Shown: in pieces, positions 60,701-64,000 of the stretch
Position numbering within the stretch: position 1 is the stretch's first letter
How the letters are laid out: each line of letters begins with the position of its first letter
Assembly: GCA_964270895.1 (NCBI GenBank)
Contig: OZ185437.1
Length of the DNA: 64,000 nucleotides
Origin: Podarcis filfolensis
Taxonomy: Eukaryota
Reading direction: 5' to 3' (one strand)
Translations under genes and position numbers: made by a program
Notes under the pieces: generated by a model
Told to the model about the DNA's origin: nothing
What the model saw: only the letters and a program-made list of their open reading frames with translations
The model's database searches: none

Positions 60701-62669
60701 CTCCCCCCGAAAGCAGCCTGGGAGCATGGGGCAATGGTGCCCGTCCCATCCGTGGCTCCCAAGCCTCCCCCAAGCAGCCAGATTTTAAAGGTGCAGCTTA
60801 TTTGCAAGTGCGGCTTATATTCTGGCCAATACGGTATATTGAATTCATAGATTTTTCAAATGATTCTTTATGTGGAACTCTCTTTCCTCTCCCCGGGGAC
60901 ATTAAAAAAAACTCTCATAGTAATTACATACGAACGTAATAGTCACTAACATAGGTTTAGTGCTTCAGTAATTCCTAATGAATTGACCATGTGCATGTTG
61001 TTGAAATAGTGATATATTTTTAATAGTTCTGACTAATGGTAGTTTATGTATTTTCTCCTCAGGAAAGCTATCGGTTCATAGAACAAGCCACCACTATCAT
61101 GAAAGCCATTGGAAATGTGATACTGAATTTTGGAAATGCAGAAAACCTTCCCGCAGCCATAAAGACACTGGAAGCAACACATTGTCCTCCTGGCCTCTGT
61201 GCTCCAGGAACAACTAGAGAACACTTTAAGGTAAAAAAACAAGAAGAATCTTATCCTTCTGTTAACATGCAGAATATATTGTGCTTTCCAAATGATTTTT
61301 TTCTAGTGCAGCCCATTAGCTGAAACTCCTGATAATGAAAATTTAGGTTGTCTCTCATGAATTCCTATAAACATGCTCTTGTTAATTTCACATCAGATAG
61401 TTTGAAAAGTCTAGCTTTTCCTCAATGTTGACAAGAAACCTAACCCCATATTCTGGATGGTATGAACTAATAATCACACTGATGCCTGCTCTCTGGCTGC
61501 TTAGTGACATAAGAGCATAGAATCAGCAGCTGTGCTGTTGGACTGAGGTGATCCTTGGTCACTATGTAAATGAAATTATGGTCTTGTGCCAGTGTGGTAC
61601 ACAAGGGCCATTTTCCAAATCATGCAGGCACAGTGAAGAATGGATGAGATCAACAGCCTTGTCTTCAGAACAGATTTCCACTCCCTAATTTTCAGTACAT
61701 TATATAAATAATGAGAAAGTGAAGTATGAGTTTTAGAGACAATTACAATATGCTCCACTGAGCAGCTGTGTTCCTCTTATCTCAAAGGACTGTCCTTTAG
61801 CTATGGCTGTGCAAGCCTTAGGATCATGCTGCCCATGTTGCAGTAGCTAACATGTTGTTGAACTGCCCTTTTCTCAGACAAAATACTTTGACTTTGGATA
61901 TATCTTTCAGCTAACTGTTGTTGTTGTTGTTGCTGCTGCTGCTGCTGCTGCTGGGTTGTCAGTTGTTCAAACACCACAATGCCCCCAAATCTGAATTGTC
62001 CCCAACCTTTGACTGATGTTGAAAAGATCCATTTGTTTGTTCTGGTTGCTTATGAAATTAAATATTTTGGAAACAATAATGTCACTAGGCAGATATCTGA
62101 TACTCTGAAAATATACTGTTTATATGTCATCATATTTTAAGATAGTGATCACATTATGTGGCTGGTTTGAAAGATCAAAAGGAAAACTCATTTAGTTGGA
62201 GTCAGTGGCGTAGTGTGGGTTGTCAGCACCCGGGGCAAGGCAAGTAATTTGCGCCCCCTAACCCGTGGATTTGCGCCCCCTAACCTGTGGATTTGCGCCC
62301 CCTAACCCTAAGCCCCAGATGTTGCGCCCGGTGCGGCCGGCCCCCCCTGCACCCCCCACGCTACGCCACTGGTTGGAGTGAGCCATTTTATAGATTCTAC
62401 AAATCCACTCTATCTAGTAGTCAAATATACAGGTTGGGGTATGTGTTTGGTAATATTTTCCTCTGAAAATCATTAGTAGAAAATATTTGTTTATTTATAA
62501 TAATTTACTGACCATTTCTCTTTTACATTTTAGGCTTTCAATAATGCTTTTTGGCATTTGATAAAACAGACATTGGGGAATGTTCCTCTCAACTATAAAT
62601 TTGCTTACAGATGTTTCACTTTGGATTTTAAAGACAGTGATGTGTCTGTTGAAGATACAGACTCCTCAG
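27455..62669 (+). CDS. ADGB: Androglobin, 5' 21 coding exons (~873 codons; calpain-like domain plus start of the circularly permuted globin domain); 3' end outside the window
   Basis: Motifs [97 protein letters not shown] match androglobin; all 20 introns are GT-AG with consistent phases; syntenic downstream of RAB32 as in mammals. Confidence 0.97.
28405..28770 (+). mobile_element. CR1 LINE 3' fragment
   Basis: [24 protein letters not shown] resembles the CR1 ORF2 C-terminus; CR1-like 3' UTR remnant. Confidence 0.75.
29583..29797. mobile_element. Tc1/mariner (Tigger-like) MITE
   Basis: TA-CAGT start, GTAACCCGAGGTATGACT end, CTGCGCATG internal motifs; left TIR degenerate. Confidence 0.7.
30922..31280 (+). 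mobile_element. Sauria SINE, full length (type B), with 12-bp TSD
   Basis: GGGACGCGGGTGGCGCTG head, ACCTTTACCTTTAC tail; TACTTAGAAACT at 30910-21 and 31278-89. Confidence 0.95.
31340..31830 (-). mobile_element. Degenerate L2 3' fragment
   Basis: ATTCCACAGATGGGAAACCACAGCTGAAA is homologous to the L2 at 13170-13200; boundaries approximate. Confidence 0.55.
32571..32748 (+). CDS. ADGB: ADGB exon 2
   Basis: TTTATTTCAG| ... |GTAAGT; LWGITG...FPIWPEW...GRSPIL; phase 2 to 0. Confidence 0.93.
33521..33596. repeat. 38-bp tandem duplication (1 mismatch)
   Basis: ATGGGCAACCAAAATATTGTGATCTCTGGGATC(G/A)TACA x2. Confidence 0.95.
34642..34734 (+). CDS. ADGB: ADGB exon 3
   Basis: [31 protein letters not shown]; ACAG| ... 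AAG|GTGAGA; 93 nt. Confidence 0.95.
34824..34862. repeat. (GAAA)n purine microsatellite
   Basis: Direct reading, imperfect. Confidence 0.85.
35797..35868 (+). CDS. ADGB: ADGB exon 4
   Basis: [24 protein letters not shown]; TTTTAG| ... GAG|GTATGT; 72 nt. Confidence 0.95.
37190..37399 (+). CDS. ADGB: ADGB exon 5
   Basis: [14 protein letters not shown]...[10 protein letters not shown]; 210 nt, |GTAAGT. Confidence 0.95.
38786..38925 (+). CDS. ADGB: ADGB exon 6
   Basis: [14 protein letters not shown]...[16 protein letters not shown] (calpain-type motif); 140 nt, phase 2. Confidence 0.96.
40955..41085. mobile_element. hAT-type MITE with perfect 8-bp TSD
   Basis: CAGGCTTCCTCAACCT TIRs; CTTCAAAC at 40947-54 and 41086-93. 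Confidence 0.93.
41350..41436 (+). CDS. ADGB: ADGB exon 7
   Basis: [28 protein letters not shown]; 87 nt, phase 2 to 2. Confidence 0.95.
41485..41748. mobile_element. Young Tc1/mariner-type MITE
   Basis: TIRs CAGTGGTGCC(T/C)CGCAAGACGAA, TA TSD, repeated CGTCTTGCG motifs, CpG-rich. Confidence 0.92.
42944..43143 (+). CDS. ADGB: ADGB exon 8
   Basis: [20 protein letters not shown]...PEKTAK; 200 nt, phase 2 to 1. Confidence 0.94.
43990..44560 (+). mobile_element. Degenerate L2 3' fragment
   Basis: KLHLLQ / [16 protein letters not shown] resembles the L2 ORF2 end; boundaries approximate. Confidence 0.55.
44781..45002 (+). mobile_element. tRNA-derived CORE/MIR-like SINE with (TTAA)n tail
   Basis: GGTTTGAATCCCCACTCAGCCATGAAGCTCACTGGGTGA...CTACCTCACAGGGTTGTTG core; AT-repeat tail. 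Confidence 0.8.
45225..45353 (+). CDS. ADGB: ADGB exon 9
   Basis: [20 protein letters not shown]...; 129 nt, phase 1 to 1. Confidence 0.92.
46133..46227 (+). CDS. ADGB: ADGB exon 10
   Basis: [31 protein letters not shown]; 95 nt. Confidence 0.92.
46983..47157 (+). CDS. ADGB: ADGB exon 11
   Basis: [50 protein letters not shown]; 175 nt. Confidence 0.96.
48059..48149 (+). CDS. ADGB: ADGB exon 12
   Basis: [29 protein letters not shown]; 91 nt, phase 1 to 2. Confidence 0.93.
48880..48990. mobile_element. hAT-type MITE, right end truncated
   Basis: CAGGCTTCCTCAAACTCGGCCCTCC left TIR and family core; right TIR missing. Confidence 0.8.
49432..49564 (+). CDS. ADGB: ADGB exon 13
   Basis: [25 protein letters not shown]...EEISQ; 133 nt, phase 2 to 0. 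Confidence 0.88.
50025..50256. mobile_element. Tc1/mariner-type MITE
   Basis: TA-CAGTCAAACCTTGGAAG ... CTTCCAAGCTATGATTG-TA; internal inverted GATTGGCTG/CAGCCAATC. Confidence 0.8.
50756..50801 (+). CDS. ADGB: ADGB exon 14 (46 nt)
   Basis: TCTGCAG| [16 protein letters not shown]|GTAACT; needed to bridge phase 0 (exon 13) to phase 1 (exon 15); little recognisable homology. Confidence 0.75.
52640..52805 (+). CDS. ADGB: ADGB exon 15
   Basis: ...[28 protein letters not shown]; 166 nt, phase 1 to 2. Confidence 0.93.
54234..54297 (+). CDS. ADGB: ADGB exon 16
   Basis: [21 protein letters not shown]; 64 nt. Confidence 0.94.
54800..55146 (-). mobile_element. Sauria SINE, full length (type A), with 13-bp TSD
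   Basis: TAAGTGACTTTTA at 54787-99 and 55149-61. Confidence 0.95.
56265..56627 (-). mobile_element. Sauria SINE, full length (type B), with 10-bp TSD
   Basis: TGTTTAAGTA at 56255-64 and 56631-40. Confidence 0.95.
57231..57333 (+). CDS. ADGB: ADGB exon 17
   Basis: [34 protein letters not shown]; 103 nt. Confidence 0.94.
58381..58483 (+). mobile_element. L2 3' terminus
   Basis: TGTTGGAAGCCGCCCAGAGT...GGTATAAATAAA is a typical squamate L2 end. Confidence 0.7.
58570..58714 (+). CDS. ADGB: ADGB exon 18
   Basis: ...[31 protein letters not shown]; 145 nt, phase 1 to 2. Confidence 0.95.
59813..59927 (+). CDS. ADGB: ADGB exon 19
   Basis: [38 protein letters not shown]; 115 nt. Confidence 0.95.
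60590..60834. mobile_element. Tc1/mariner-superfamily MITE
   Basis: TA-CTGTATTGGCCCAAAAATAAGCCACAC ... GTGCGGCTTATATTCTGGCCAATACGG-TA. Confidence 0.85.
61063..61230 (+). CDS. ADGB: ADGB exon 20 (globin E-F helices)
   Basis: [23 protein letters not shown]...[11 protein letters not shown]...HFK; 168 nt. Confidence 0.96.
61915..61953. repeat. Compound (GTT)n(GCT)n microsatellite
   Basis: Direct reading. Confidence 0.9.
62203..62371. mobile_element. hAT-type MITE with 8-bp TSD and an internal 22-bp tandem repeat
   Basis: TIRs CAGTGGCGTAG(T/C)GTGGG; GTTGGAGT at 62195-202 and 62372-79; ATTTGCGCCCCCTAACC(C/T)GTGG x2.8. Confidence 0.92.
62534..62669 (+). CDS. ADGB: ADGB exon 21 (last exon found in the window)
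   Basis: [32 protein letters not shown]...; 136 nt, phase 1 donor G|GTATAC. Confidence 0.93.
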
Positions 62670-63084
62670 GTATACGGAAAACATGAATAATGTACCAGCA
62701 ATATTTATTTTTAAATAATCTATTAAGAAGATACCATTACAGAAAAATTCTGCTGAATGTTGAGATGTCCTGCCATTTTTAACACAACAAACCAGACACA
62801 AAATTCTTAGGTGGTATTCTCTCATATAACTGATGGAGCCTACAGATTTTTTGAACTTCATACAGCAGAGCTAACATGATGCTGCTAACTTTAATTCTGC
62901 ATCAGCACACCTTTATGCCATTGAACTTGTTTGGTTTTTGTGTGATACTCTTGAGGTTTACCCATCTCTGATCCCAACTTTTGGGGCATCAGTGTGGAGA
63001 CACAAGCAAAGGAATACAAAGGAAGACTAGGACAATGTTAGCAATAACAGCCCTGTAACACTTGAACATTGTTGATTCTCTAGA

Positions 63085-63245
63085 CAGACCATTGTTCCAT
63101 CTAGCTCAGTATTGCTGACACTGACTGACAGCAGCTTTCCAAGATTTCAGGCAGGTGTCTTTTACATCTGTATGTGGAGATGCCAGAGATCGGACCTGGG
63201 AGCTTTTTCATACAAAGTATATGCTCTAGCACTGAGCTACATCCT
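63085..63245 (-). mobile_element. Degenerate tRNA-derived SINE
   Basis: Reverse-complement A-box (GCTCTAGCACTGAGCTAC) and B-box remnants, plus a CCATCTAGCTCAGTATTG..ACACTGAC core. Confidence 0.6.
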
Positions 63246-64000
63246 TTCCCCATTTCAACAGCACTGCAATCGTTCAAATCTCTGCAACACCTACAAAAAA
63301 AAAATCAGTCTTATATATGTTCTTAAACTTTAATTGGATTTCAGTTTTAATTAGCATTTGACACTAGGAGAACAGCACATCACTTACCTAAGCTTGCAAG
63401 ACATAAGTCTAGCACTCAATACAAAAATCAATTTGCATTTTATGTTCCCAGACTTAAAGTGTAAATGCATTGCATCTAGTGTGGAGGATGAAACTGTCCG
63501 TGCTGTCTGTTTGAGGTCATCCTGGACCAAAACTAAGTACTTTGTTTAGCTAGTGCTTTATCTCCAATAGTTGCCAAGCCAAACTCCGGGAAGTTACAAG
63601 CCACTACTGTGGTTGGTGCCTAGAACCTGACAATTAGCAGTCAATTGCCTCTGAAAATTGAGGTTCCATTTTTGGCAATCAGGATTAACCAGGACCAACA
63701 GTAGATACTGCACCACCTAAGATGGCAGCAGATGCCACCACCATTTCTGCTGTTCCCCTCCTCTTCCTCCCCTCCACCAACCATTCCCTCCCACTCACGC
63801 TCTTCCAACAAAGGACTCCTTTCTTAAAGCAAGACATCTCAGAGATGCTCTGGGCTGCCATTTTTCTCCATTGGCAGCAAATGACTGTTTAAATCTTTTC
63901 TTTTCTTTTTAAAGGCAACTTAAGCAGTAATTTTCAGCTGTAGTACAGACACTATCTAGGAGTTTTCACTAACATTACCTTACTCTGGGGAAATACCCCA

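Noticed and set aside
62247-62308. CRISPR-like array
   Set aside because: Head-to-tail repeats with no spacers, inside a eukaryotic MITE.

Overview
Vertebrate genomic DNA, almost certainly from a squamate reptile; the Sauria-SINE types suggest a lacertid lizard. Two genes lie in tandem on the + strand. RAB32 is complete: 3 coding exons (1318-1570, 18168-18445, 20334-20483) giving a 226-aa, CC-terminated Rab32/38/29-type GTPase. ADGB (androglobin) is present as its 5' part: 21 phase-consistent GT-AG coding exons from the ATG at 27455 to 62669 (~873 codons), covering the calpain-like domain and the first segment of the circularly permuted globin domain; the gene continues past the window. RAB32 intron 1 holds a decayed SNRPF (Sm-F) retrocopy. 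Introns carry 5 Sauria SINEs, several hAT and Tc1/mariner MITEs, and L2/CR1 fragments. The most notable observations are: Gly in place of the calpain catalytic-Cys equivalent of ADGB; retained globin E7 Gln/F8 His with rearranged cysteines; an X-box/forkhead/MYB motif cluster in the ADGB promoter; a possible in-frame RAB32-exon1/SmF chimeric splice; an in-frame alternative donor in ADGB exon 3; and a MITE whose flanks are inverted rather than directly repeated. There is no CRISPR or prokaryote-type system. Exons were assembled by hand, and human comparisons are recalled from memory and need an alignment to confirm.
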